DNA of 64,000 nt, taken from positions 15,304,738-15,368,737 of the forward strand of contig NC_057714.1 in the NCBI RefSeq assembly GCF_004010195.1, in the 5' to 3' direction. The notes under the pieces are model-generated. The model saw only the letters and a list, made by a program, of their open reading frames with translations. It did no database searches and was not told where the DNA came from. Source of the stretch: Chiloscyllium plagiosum (taxonomy: Eukaryota). Positions within the stretch are counted from its first letter, which is position 1, and each line of letters opens with the position of its first letter. A program made the position numbers and the translations under genes. This document shows positions 50,101-62,773 of this stretch, in pieces.

Positions 50101-51550
50101 TACAGCTGAAGCACCAGAAATTGTTCAAACAGGAGGAAATATCAGTTTCATTGATAAAGTGGCATTTCTTAAGAAAATCAGCATGTTTTTAGATAATCCT
50201 TTTAGTTGGAGACAGAATAAATAGAGCAAAATTCCACAGAACAAAAGATCTATTCTCTCAGATACTTCATTTATAAATAAAATTTATTACTTTACATATT
50301 ACACCAGCTGCTGAGTTTTGCTTTCATTTGGAAAAAATACAACTTGTGATACAATCTAAGTTTTATAAAGTGGTATCTTGAGGAATGTAAGTTAATTAAT
50401 CCAGGTGTCAACAAAAAGATTAACCTTGATGTTCTTTTGTGAAAAGTACATTGGCAGCTTCGTGTGAATCTGATGACCACCACAATAATTGAATAAAGAA
50501 AACTAATGGCATAGCAAGCTAGGCTTTTCTCTGGGATCTGACTTGTCTCGTACCATTAGCTGAGACCACAACAGTATTTGAGGAAAGCAGATATATTCTG
50601 TACAGCTCCCAAGAGTACTGAATAATTAACCCCAGGACAGTAATGTAAATTTTATCTATTCCTATTGTGCAATAAGCTACCATATTATGGAGGACAAGTG
50701 GCTCCTCCATTTGAACTCACTGATGGTTTATCCTCTACCATTGATAATTAGACAGATCTGATACTCGGCAAAGACAAAAGGAAGATTGGAGGCAGTAGAC
50801 GTCCAAACTATCCAAAGATACGCATTCTGGCGACGGTGGAATCTGAGAATATGACAATCACTTCAAAACTTTGAAATGTTCAAAAACACAAACTATTGAA
50901 TGAACAACAATCTACTGAAGACACAGCAGCAATCAATCTTTTTTTGTCATCAACTATCACAATATTACGTCATATAACTTTCTAAATTGTCTTCAAAAGC
51001 ACTTTGACATATTGCCCAGTACAACATCAGACAAACTTTATAATACAAGTACCAATATTTTCTCCAGAAGACGAGAAAAAATTCCAGAATAAATACTCTG
51101 ATATGGCAATCAAAAACACTCTCTACTGAAATCACCAGTAAACTCTCCTTGGCAAAAAATCAATACATTTTTAAAAATAAAACCACTAATGAGCTTTCCA
51201 TTTAACGCCCCAATACAATATTCACTCCTCAGATTATTGATGGGAGAGGGTGGTGGACATTCTATCATTATGAACCATGAGATAATTGGTGCTCCCTCAC
51301 TAAGGTATGGTCCACCTCAGGTTTTTTTATACCTTAACCCTGTTGAAAAGGAAAACTGGGTGGAATGTTTGATTTTTTTTGTCAATATGAAGCTGAATGT
51401 GTTTGATTGCAGCTACTGTAACACCTACACTGTTGCGAAATCTTGTCCACACACACACCCCTCAGTGTTGGGACCACAACTTATCACTTTATACATGAAA
51501 ATTCTAGATGAAGGAACTGAGGCATTCCGGCTAGGCCTGCAGATGATATC

Positions 51551-51836
51551 CGGGTTTGATTCCACCCTTGGGCAACTCTCTGTGTGGAGTTTGCACATTC
51601 TCCCCGTGTCTACGTGGGTTTCCTCCGGGTGCTCTAGTTCTCTCCCACAATTCAAAGGTTAGGTGAATTGGCCATGCTAAATTGCCCAGGGTGTTCAGAG
51701 ATGTGTAGGTTAGGTGCACTAGTCAGGGTAAATGTAGAGTAATAGGGTAGGATAATGGATCTGCGTGGGATATCTTCAGAGTGGACTTGTTTGGCCGAAG
51801 GGCCTGTTTCCACACTGTAGGGATTCTATGATTCTA
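51551..51836 (+). mobile_element. HE1-like V-SINE, 5'-truncated, (GATTCTAT)n tail
   Basis: B box, V-domain and tail. Confidence 0.9.
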
Positions 51837-51977
51837 TACAAAGATAGGTAGAAGGACAGGTAATATTGAGGAGGTAGGGAGGTTGAGAAGGACTTGGACA
51901 GGTTAGGACAGTGGGCAAAGAGGTGGCAGATGGAATACAATGTGGGAAAGTGTGGGGTCAAGCACTTTTTTCAGGAT

Positions 51978-53251
51978 GAATAGAGGTATGGACTATTGTC
52001 TAAATGGGGACAAAATTCAGAAGTTTGAAGGGCAAAGAGACCTTAGAGTTCTAGTCCGGGATTGTCTCAAGGTAAACTTGCAGCTGAGTCAGTAGTTAGG
52101 AAGGCAAATGCAATGTTGGCATTTATTTTGAGAGTCATAGAGTCATAGAGACCTAGAGATGTAAAGCATGGAAACAGATCCTTCGGTCCAACCCGTCCAT
52201 GTCGACCAGATAACCCAACCCAATCTAGTCCCACCTGCCAGCACGTGGCCCATATCCCTCCAAACCCTTCACATACCCATCCAGATGCCTTTTAAATGTT
52301 GCAATTGTACCAGCCTCCACCACTTCCTCTGGCAGCTCATTTCATACATGTACAATCCTCTGTGTGAAAAAATTGCCCCTTAGGTCTCTTTTATATCTTT
52401 CCCCTCTCACACTAAACCAATGCATTCTAGTTCTGGACACCCCCCACCCCAGGGAAGAGACTTTGTCTATTTAATCTATCCGTACCCCTCATGATTTTGT
52501 AAACCTCTGTAAGGTCACCCCACAGCCTCTGACACTCCAGGGAAAAGAGCCCTGGCCTATTCATCTCTCCCTATATCTCAAATCCTCTATCCCTGGCAAC
52601 AACCTTGTAAATCAAGAATAGAGGTATGGACTATTGTCTAAATGGGGACAAAATTCAGAAGTCTGAAGGGCAAAGAGACCTTAGAGTTCTAGTCCGGGAT
52701 TGTCTCAAGGTAAACTTGCAGCTGAGTCAGTAGTTAGGAAGGCAAATGCAATGTTGACATTTATTTTGAGAGTCATAGAGTCATAGAGATCTAGAGATGT
52801 ACAACATGGAAACAGATCCTTCGGTCCAACCCGTCCATGTCGACCAGATAACCCAACCCAATCTAGTCCCACCTGCCAGCACTTGGCCCATATCCGTCCA
52901 AACCCTTCACATACCCATCCAGATGCCTTTTAAATGTTGCAATTGTACCAGCCTCCACCACTTCCTCTGGCAGCTCATTTCATACATGTACAATCCTCTG
53001 TGTGAAAAAGTTGCCCCTTAGGTCTCTTTTATATCTTTCCCCTCTCACACTAAACCAATGCATTCTAGTTCTGGACACCCCCCACCCCAGGGAAGAGACT
53101 TTGTCTATTTAACTTATCCGTACCCCTCATGATTTTGTAAACCTCTGTAAGGTCACCCCACAGCCTCTGACACTCCAGGGAAAAGAGCCCTGGCCTATTC
53201 ATCTCTCCCTATATCTCAAATCCTCTATCCCTGGCAACAACCTTGTAAATC
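51978..53251. repeat. Tandem duplication, 638-bp period (51978-52613 and 52616-53251)
   Basis: Near-identical units with roughly ten differences; each includes the CR1/HER1 junction. Confidence 0.93.
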
Positions 53252-54457
53252 GTTCCTGAACCCTTTCTAGTTTCACAACAATTTCCTGATAGGAAGGAGA
53301 CCAGAATTGCATGCAATATTCCAAAAGTGGCCCAACCAATGTCCTGTACAGCCGCAAAATGACCTCCCAACTCCTGTACTCAATACTCTGACCAGTAAAG
53401 GAAAGTATACCTAATGCCACCTTCACTATCCTATCTGCCTGCGACTCCACTTTCCAGGAGCTATGAACCAAGCTCTCTCTTTTCAGCAACACTCCCGAGG
53501 ACCTTACAGTAAGTGTATAAATCCTGCTAAGATTTGCTTTCCCAAAATGCAGCACCTCACATTTATCTAAATTAAACTTCATCTGCCACTTCTCAGCCCA
53601 TTGGACCATCTGACCAAGATCCCATTATAATCTGAGATAACCGTATAGAATACGTCCACCACTCTGCCCTCATCAATCCTCTTTGTTACTTTTCAAAAAA
53701 CTCAATCAAGTTTGTGAGACATGATTTCCCACACATAAAGCCACGTTGACTATCCCGAATCAGTCCTTGCCTTTCCAAATCCATGTACATCCTGTCCCTC
53801 AGGNNNNNNNNNNNNNNNNNNNNNNNNNNNNNNNNNNNNNNNNNNNNNNNNNNNNNNNNNNNNNNNNNNNNNNNNNNNNNNNNNNNNNNNNNNNNNNNNN
53901 NNNNNNNNNNNNNNNNNNNNNNNNNNNNNNNNNNNNNNNNNNNNNNNNNNNNNNNNNNNNNNNNNNNNNNNNNNNNNNNNNNNNNNNNNNNNNNNNNNNN
54001 NNNNNNNNNNNNNNNNNNNNNNNNNNNNNNNNNNNNNNNNNNNNNNNNNNNNNNNNNNNNNNNNNNNNNNNNNNNNNNNNNNNNNNNNNNNNNNNNNNNN
54101 NNNNNNNNNNNNNNNNNNNNNNNNNNNNNNNNNNNNNNNNNNNNNNNNNNNNNNNNNNNNNNNNNNNNNNNNNNNNNNNNNNNNNNNNNNNNNNNNNNNN
54201 NNNNNNNNNNNNNNNNNNNNNNNNNNNNNNNNNNNNNNNNNNNNNNNNNNNNNNNNNNNNGCATATTTCAAGTATAGACAGGATAGATCGAGTGAATCCT
54301 TAGAAGAGTATAAAAGCAGTAGGAGTATACTTAAGAGAGAAATCAGGAGGGAAAAAGGGGACATGAGATAGCTTTGGCTATTCTATCTAGGGAGAGAATA
54401 GGGCCCCTCAATGATCAGCAAGGTGGCCTTTGTGTGGAGCTGTAGGCATCAGTCAGA
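52769..54457 (-). mobile_element. HER1/CR1 insertion (- strand) with + strand ORF2 segment beyond the gap
   Basis: - strand RT (SCLTNLIEFFE, WAEKWQMKFN). + strand YRQDRSSESLEEYK..KREIRR..RERIGPL at 54261-54440. Confidence 0.8.
53804..54260. other. Assembly gap (N run)
   Basis: Run of n. Confidence 1.
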
Positions 54458-57239
54458 CAGGTCTTGAATATAAGAACAGGGATGTACTTCTAAGGCTCTG
54501 GTCAGACCATTTTTGGATATTGTGCGCAGTTTTAAGCCCCATAACTCTGGAAGGATATACCAACCTTGGAGCATGTGCAGAGAAGGTGCACAAGAATGGT
54601 CCCAGAAATGAAAGACTTAACATATAAGGAATATTTGAGGACTCTGGGTTTATACTCGATGGAGTTCAGAAAGATGAGGGGGATCTAAATGAAACTTTCA
54701 GAATACTGAATGGCCTGGGCAGTGTGGATGTTGGGAAGATGTTTCCATTGATAGAAGAGACTAGGACTCAAGGGTACAACTTTAGAGTAAAGGGAAGACC
54801 ATTTAGAACAGAGATAAGGAGAAACTTCTTCAGCCAGAGAGGGATGAATCTATGGAAGTCACTGCCACAGAAGGCCAGGTCATTGAGTATATTGAAGATA
54901 GAGATAGATAGGTTCGTGATTGTCAAGGGGATCAAGGGTTACAGGAAGAAAGTGAGAGAATGGAGTTAAGATTGAATGGTGGAGCAGATTCAATGGGCTG
55001 AATGGCCTATTTCTTCTCCTATGTTTTATGGTCTTATGGTCTAAGCATGAGTGAGTTTCTCACTGAATCATAGGCCTCAACACTGGCCAAGGTCACTGGC
55101 AGCTGCTGCCCAATCTCAAACTGGCAGCTTATGGGTCCTAACTCAGCAAGCTAAGGCAAGAGCTTTCCATATACTCCTCATCAGGTGGGGTTTGCAGGGA
55201 GGATTGGGTCAAAAGGGGTCAGAGGTAATTACAGAGGGTGACGTCTGAAAGCCATTAATTGACCACCCATCACTGAAATGTGTTAATACATAGTGGATTG
55301 AGAAGGTCACCCATGGATCTCCTTGCCCAGAACTTAATTATCTCAGTGACAGGATGTTCTCTGCAGGGACAACTCGCCCAGTTACTTTGCCTTTTCACCA
55401 CCTGCATAGCTACCTTCTGTGGGGATAATCACTGTCTATATTTTATGTTTTCACATGTACAAGATTCATGTGAATATAAATCAAATGGCACATATTCGAT
55501 GTACATTCATGTTAGTCTTGCACCATTACACTGCATTTTTAAACGTATTTTTGAAACTTAGTTCTTGTTCATTGGTCTAAAATTTGATAATGTAACAAAA
55601 GTAATACAATTAACAAATTATTCATTTTCCTGGCAAATGGTTTTGAATACAGACTCTCTATGCATTGGCTCATGCAAATTTACAGTTTTCACACAGTTCA
55701 TTTAATTGCTTCTATTTTATACTCGTAAGGAGACTTTTATAATATGATGAAATGCTGTAAAACTTTTATAACTGTCACCACTTTTCTTATGATCTCATTG
55801 GGGACCAGTAATTTTTTCAAATAAATTTTCATCCCCACTTGTTAACTGAAAGAATTATACCACAAGATTTCATAATTTACACATGCTTCTTACTGAACAA
55901 GAGTTTAACAAATGAAGTGCTACAAAATTAACACTACATTTCCTTTTTAAGCTTATGTTATAAGCCCCAAATGTTCATGTCGGACATTCTTTATCCTATA
56001 GATATTTATAAACGTGAGCTCTCCTATACTTTACTTGATCTTGAATGTTTCTCCACATCCCTTCACACTGAACAAAAATGTGCCACAGCTCTCAGAAATT
56101 CGCTTTGATTCTCCTCAGTGTTATTCCCCAAGGGACACGATTTTTAGGATCTTTCCATTCAGTCAAGTGTTGACTTCTCATCAAGCACTCAAAGTTGTGG
56201 ACACCCTTATTCAAGTATTAGATTGTGTGCTTTCTTACTTCGTGGTTTCATCTCAGAAAATGCCTTGGAACTTTGCTTCTAGTTTGCAGCTTCTGAAAAA
56301 AACTTCTCTCTCTGCTTCTCAAAGCCTCTTCAACTTCCAACCGATTGTTCCTGTCAGAAATCACATTGATAACACCCAAACAAATGAATACCTCGATGAA
56401 ACTGGTAGAAATTTCACAAAAGCAACTTCTAAGGTCCAAACCTAATTTTAATCTGAAGAGTTGCTTTTCCAGTTGCTTTACTATTGCTGTTTGATCTGGG
56501 CAAATGGCATAAATAAATTATAACTTTAATGGAGACAACTGCAATCCTATCAGACTGCACTGTCAAGCTAAAACAGGAGAATATGTTATTTACTGTTTTT
56601 GTACAACTAACCCTAATTCCTTTAAGTGAACAGGGACCATTGTTGAAATTGCAATTAATTTAGGCATGTTTACAGACCTCAGGTTTTACTATTGACTTCA
56701 CATGCAAAATGAACCCAAACTATAAACTATACTTCTGAAACATATTAATTATGAATTTAAACATATTCACAACACTCTGAACACATCCAAAATAAATTAC
56801 ATAATTAGTATTAACATAATAACATGAAATAGAAGTTGGGTTACTCACCAATTGTTTCCTATCTTTGCAAAATGCCGTCAGAATTTGCAGTTTGTTTCAG
56901 TACATAGCTACATGAATCCTTAAACTATGCTGGTGGAGGACTTTTTCATTCTTTCCAAATGAATTAAGATAGTAACAACTTGCAGTTGTATAACTTAAAC
57001 AAACGAAAACATGTGATAAAAGCTGAAAGCACAAAGATATAAATTGAGGAGGCTTTTTAAGATAAGGATTCGGGCAGAACCTTTCATACTTTGTAGCCAA
57101 AACAACTAAAGGGTCTGTCACAAATGGTACAGATAGGAACAAGGAAACTCACAGAAATGCAAAGTTAATTATTTTTGTAAGGAAATCATTCCAAACTTTA
57201 TTCAGATGATAATTTTGATCACTTTATGAAAAAAATGAG

Positions 57240-57930
57240 ATAAAACATAGGATTTGAAGTCAGCCATTTTACCTCATTATTCACTAATCTAGTCATGGCC
57301 TTAATTCCAATTTTTAGCCTTCCCAAATAACTCTAGATACCTTTGCAGTTCCTAAATTGTACCAGCTCAGCCTTGAATATATTCAATAACCCAGTGACAA
57401 CTGCTGTCTGTGTCAAAGAATTCCAAAGATCAACAACCATCACAGGCAGCTGTGAACATTCTCTGACCATTTACCCTCTAAGCTTCATCAGAATCTTATA
57501 TAGCTGAATAAGATCACCTCTCATTCATCTCTAATTCACTGCGAGTAGGTTCAACTTGCCTAACCTTTCTTTATAAGACAAAATTATCATCCCAGGAATT
57601 GACCCAATGAATCTTCTTAGAACTGTCTCCATTGCAGAATATCCGTATTTCAATAAGGAGATCAAAAACTGTCACTGTACTCTAGATGTAGTCTCACCAA
57701 CAGTCCATCGAACTGCACTAATACTCTCCTACCTTTATACTCCTTCCCCTGTGTAATGTCAACATTCCATTTTTCTTTCTAATTCCTTTATGTCACTGCA
57801 TATTAACAATGACACCCCAGCCCCAATCAGCAGTCTGTAGACTCTTTTCATTTAAATAATATTTTGCTTTGCGGTTTTAATTACTAATGTGAACACCATT
57901 ACATTCTCCCACATCACACTCCATCTGAGA
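57240..57930 (-). mobile_element. Old CR1 3' fragment
   Basis: CTCAGCCTTGAATATATTCAAT...AAGAATTCCAAAGAT...AAGATCACCTCTCATTC, typical of a reversed CR1 3' region. Confidence 0.65.
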
Positions 57931-58469
57931 ACAATATATAATTCTGATACACTTTTTTTCACCAAAAAATGGAACAAAACTTTGCTTCCAATCAAACATC
58001 TTAATTCATATCTCCCACAGGAAGCATTTCAATTCTAATTGCAGCTCAGATGTTTGAAAAATATACAATATTCAGAGAAAAGCTTTGCTGCAAAAAAAGA
58101 CACTTACAAAATGTACAAAAGCAAAATACTGTCGATGCTGTAAAATTGAAATAACAGCAAGAAGTGCCGGGAGAGCTGAAAAGTCGCCAAACTGAAACAT
58201 TGGCATAAATCCTCCAACTGGAGCATAGTTGCTGCAGCAATATACTGTGAAAGATGAACCACGGGGCCCCTTGGAGTAAATGATGTATCAACTACCTGGA
58301 AATTGCCCACAAAAATATAAACCTCTGATGGTCACTTTAACCTGCGACTAGAACCCTTGCAAGACGTTCCTAATTCTGACCCTAGAGGGCTTGATAGCAT
58401 TTACCTGAAAGAATATTAAGTGGATTATGACCATGCTATGATTTCTGAGAAACTACTAAACTGACTGAC

Positions 58470-58546
58470 TTAGAGTCATAGAATCATAGAGATGTACAGC
58501 ATGAAACAGACCCTTTGGTCCAACTTATCCATGCAGACCAGATATC
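58470..58546 (-). mobile_element. Short HER1 3' end
   Basis: AGAGTCATAGAATCATAGAGATGTACAGCATG. Confidence 0.85.
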
Positions 58547-60129
58547 CTGTCTCAACCAAAACCCCCTTGATTTTGCAACCTGACAGACATTCCCTCAGCC
58601 CTAATCTGACACCTCACAACCCAATCTCACCCTCTCACATGAATTTCCCAAACCCAACACCAGCCCATACCTGACCTCCCCAAAAACCCAACACCATGTC
58701 TCAGCTGAACCAGACCAACATCCGTGACCTGACAATGCTCATCCATACCCAATTACACTACCCCTTAGGCCTGACATTCCCTGACCTTGCACCCACCCTC
58801 ACATGACACCATCCTGAACTGACCACTCTCGCAGATGACAACCTCCATACCTGACCTCACAACACCACCTCAGCAAAGTCCTTCCCCCCCAACCTGCCCC
58901 AACACAAAATCAGTCCTGACCTAAACTCTCCACACTTCCCCAACTCTGTATTACTTTGGTCTCTCCTTACCCACTCAGTGAGCATCCCACCCATTGTCAT
59001 CCACCCTGTATGTCACCCTGCACGCCTCATCCATCTAATGCCCTCCCTCATCACTCACTCCCTGCTACTGTCCCCTCTCGTAAGCCTATACTATCATCCA
59101 GTTCCAGCCACCTTTCCACTCAATTGCCTGCCACCATATCACCTCACATTACACACTTGTCATCTTTCTGTCTTTTCTCAAACAGCCTCTGAGACCTTAA
59201 AACCTTGTAAAACAGCAATCAGTGCTGTATAGAGGTTGTGTGGCTTGGCCCTGCACTGTGGTGTATGACTTCAGGGTCAGCTACATTTCGCATTTCTCTA
59301 GAAGTCCAAATTAGAAATCCTGGGGTGAAACATGGAGGTCTGGGATGGGCTACCAATAAAGGAGTAAAGTAGCAATCCAATGGGGATTGCAACCCCTTGG
59401 AAAATTTGACCTATTAAGGTTTCTTCTCTCTCTGTACTTATGCTGCTTCTTCTGCTGCATATTTCCAACAATTTTATTTGACTGTCAATTTTATTTGAAC
59501 TAAGTTGAAGTATTTAGAATAATTGTACAACAATAATACTGAATTCTACTTCTGCTGTAAATGTAGTAAGACTTCTCATGAGGTTTCACAGGTGGTTTAT
59601 CAAACAAAAGCTGACACAAAGGCAATGTGATGGTACTTGGTCAAGAATTGTGCATTTTAGAGACCATGTTAAATGTGGAAAATAAAGAACAAAGGAATTG
59701 TTTAAAGAAGGAATCCTTGAGTAAAGTGCCTTATTTGCCAAAGTTACAGTAGTTAAATCATAGGCGGCCGTAAGGCCAGAACTAAGAATGAAGGTTTGCT
59801 ATACTGGAGGAGATTGCAAAGATACAGGAGGATTCATGAGTGGATTTGAAAACACGGATGATAATTATAAGTTTAAGACACTACTCATCTGGACAGGCCT
59901 TGGTCCAACTAAGAACACAAGCTCAATCCTACAGAAGGTAGAATATAGAAGACCAACCAGCAGTGCATTGGATTAGTTGTCCAGAGGTAATAAAAGGATT
60001 TCAGAGTAGTTGAGCTGAGGCAGGGACAGAGTTGGATTGTTTTAGGGACATGTAAGTAGATGGTTCCTGTTGTGATGCACACAGCTTGGTGTCAAATATG
60101 ACATCTAGTTTACAAACATATGTCAGAAT

Positions 60130-60650
60130 CTTCTGTTCATCTCTGATGAAGAGTCATCTAGATTTGAAATGTTAACTTGCTCTTTCTCCATGGATGCTGC
60201 CTGTCCCATTGTGATTTCCAGCATGTTTTGCTTTCATTATAAATTGTCTGACTTAGTTTCAACCAGTTGTCAGGGTGAGGGATAGGATCAGTCAGAGGAA
60301 ATTTAGTTCATCCAATATTGGATGTCAGAAAAGCTATCTTGCAATTTAGCAAGTAGACTTGATTGTCAGCTGAATACATGTGATAACTTGTGAGTTGTAA
60401 ATTCCTGTGGATGCAGGAATCTGAACTGAAATAAAAAATGCCGGAGATCAAAGCAGGTCAGGCAGCATCCGGGGAGAGAAAACAAGCAAAAGCTCTGAGT
60501 CAAGATGGCTCTTCATCAGAGCTGAAGTGAAGCATGGAGAGGACAGCATTCGTGCTATAGAAGCAGGGGATGGGGGGTGGGGTGTGGGGGCACAGTGGAG
60601 TGCTAGCCAAGAAAGATTGTTAATAGTTCAGATTCAGATAGTGATTGGAA
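60130..60650. mobile_element. Two Penelope pLTR relics (+ at 60130-60238; - at 60400-60650)
   Basis: CTGATGAAGAGTCATCTAGATTTGAAATGTT; reversed copy GCAGGTCAGGCAGCATCC...CTCTTCATCAG. Confidence 0.75.
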
Positions 60651-61054
60651 TGTGCTCATGTGCTTTTGGATATTTTTGCTGTGGAGGAAACATATAAATT
60701 ATAAAGAGGAAGGAGTCAAGAATAAGACTACCAGAGGTAAAAGTGCAGGAGCCAGAAGTAGAGTAATTGTAAACAATTCTTTGACCGTGATTAAGTGGAT
60801 AAGAATGCAACTAAACAAGTGTAGTCATACCCAAACAGACAATAATGGGGAGGTATTGGAAGTGATTTTTGTGGTCACAGTTGTCAGAGGTTAGAGATAG
60901 ATTAAAAGCATGAGCATTAAAAGCTCATCATGGTCCCATTGAATATCATTTGTGACTTTGGCAAGCACCATTTCAGTGCTGTTGCAGGGCTGATTTAAAC
61001 ATGGACTTCTGGAACAGATCATTGTGGATTACGAGGCAGCAACATTCAAGGACT

Positions 61055-61745
61055 GTTAATAGTAATGCCCTGGAGAGTGTTGCCAAACAAAGGGACATTG
61101 GGGGGCAGGTGCATAATTCCTTGAAAGTAGAGTTGCAGATTGACAGAGTGATGAAGAAGACATTGGGTATTCTTGCCTTCATTGGTCAGTGCATTGAGTA
61201 TAGGAGTTGGAATGTCATGTACAGGATATTGGTGAGGCTACTTTTTGAAAGCTGCTTTTGGTCTCCCGACTGTAGGAAAGATGTTAAACTTGAGGGTTCA
61301 GAAAATATTTACAAGGATGTTGCTGACATTGGATGCTTTAAGCTATAGGGAGAGACTGAATAGGTTGGGCCTTTTTTCCCTGGAGCATCGGAGGTTGAGA
61401 ATTGATCTCATACAGGTTTATAAAATCATGAATAGGGTGGATAGCCAAGGACTTTTTCTTCAGGGTAGGAGAGCCCAAAACATAAATTTAAGGGGAGAGC
61501 GGAAAGATTTAAAATGGAACTGAGAGACAACCTTTTCATGCAGAAGATGGAACAACTTGTCAGAGAATGTAACGGAGATAGGTATATTACAACATTTAAA
61601 GGGCATCTGGATAGGTACATGAAGGGTTTAGAGAGAAATGGGCCAAATGCTAGCAAATGGGACTAGATCAGTTTAGGATATCTAGTCAGCATGGACAATT
61701 TGATTGTATAACTGATGTTGTATAACTCTCTAACTTTACGACTTT
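61055..61745 (+). mobile_element. HER1/CR1 3' fragment
   Basis: QRDIGGQVHNSLKV..LAFIGQCIEYRSW..YRERLNRLGLFSLE. Confidence 0.88.
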
Positions 61746-62509
61746 GAAGAGGAATTGCAAAATAACATAAATGGCAAACTACAGTATATAAAACTGAAAA
61801 TATAACATGAAAATATTTAAGTTGTGAAGTATAATATGTTTTGAGTTTTTAAAATGTCTGCAAATGTTTAAAGTTACAATAATGGTAACTATAAAACTAG
61901 ACAATGCAACAGAATTTTCTCTTTTTTTTTAGAACAGTTCCTTTATACACAGGGCAGTATCTTATCAGCTCCATCATGGAATTTCAGAAACATTCATCCT
62001 TTCAGCTAAAAACATCATGCTTATGTGAGAGTAAATGGAACTAAGAAAATAATACAAGGCATGGAATGAAACACTTCAGGCTTTCAGGCAATGTTCCACA
62101 AAACTGATTAACCATACTTAATTTTTTAACACTGAGCAGTGCTTAACATAGTTATTACAGTGCCACATCACTGGATGAAAATTTGGATATTTTAAACTAT
62201 TTGTTTCTACCAGTTCTGCAGGATGCCAAACAATTAGAAAGATTTGATTCCATCCAGTGAGAAAAAGCATTGGTTAAAACTGTTTTCTCCTTTGCTAAGA
62301 TCACCATTGGTCCAGATATATTTTCTTGATTGATCAACTTTATTGCCTAAATGGATGCAGAGTCATCTAAAGAGATTAGTAAGAGGGATTGCTAAATACT
62401 CAAAATGGTAGGATTTAAACAGGTTCCGAATAAAAGTGGGAGGTGGAGAGATTTAAGGAAGCAATTCCAAAACAGTGAAACCAAAAGGGTACTTCTTCAT
62501 GATGACATT

Positions 62510-62773
62510 TCATAGAACCCCTACATGCAGATAGAGGCCATTCAATCCATTCAGTCTGCGCTAACCTTCCAAAGAGAATCCCCACACAAGCCAACCTATC
62601 CCTGTAACCCTGCGTTTACCACAGCAATTCCACCTAATCTTTGGACTGTGGGAGGAAACTAGAGCACCGGGAGGAAACTCACACAGACACAGGTAGAATG
62701 TACAAATTTCACACAGACAGAATCAAACCCAGCTCCATGGCACTGTGCTAACCATTTTGCCATCGTGATGCCC
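62510..62773 (-). mobile_element. HE1-like V-SINE, diverged
   Basis: Reverse V-domain GGACTGTGGGAGGAAACTAGAGCACC. Confidence 0.85.

Larger units (their letters stand above)
49005..50248 (+). repeat. ~98-bp direct repeat pair (49005-49103 and 50151-50248)
   Basis: TTGATAAAGTGGCATTTCT...GAACAAAAGA occurs twice, with about 7 differences. Confidence 0.9.
51460..55042 (+). mobile_element. Host CR1 RT/3' fragment split by HE1, a HER1 insertion and a tandem duplication
   Basis: SVLGPQL..ADD|TKIG across the HE1. LAFILR at 52130/52768 continues as GLEYKNRDVLLRL at 54458. (TCTTATGG)n tail at about 55030. Confidence 0.85.

Noticed and set aside
50740-51150. Possible Gypsy protease/pol remnant (DLILGKD)
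   Set aside because: A single short motif amid many stops; not enough to call.
56014-56445. 143-aa ORF
   Set aside because: Non-ATG start, no recognisable domain and no convincing splice signals; possibly an old LTR.
58545-59410. C-rich low-complexity tract with Pro/His-rich ORFs
   Set aside because: Compositional bias, probably the interior of a non-autonomous DNA transposon; no periodic unit or domain.
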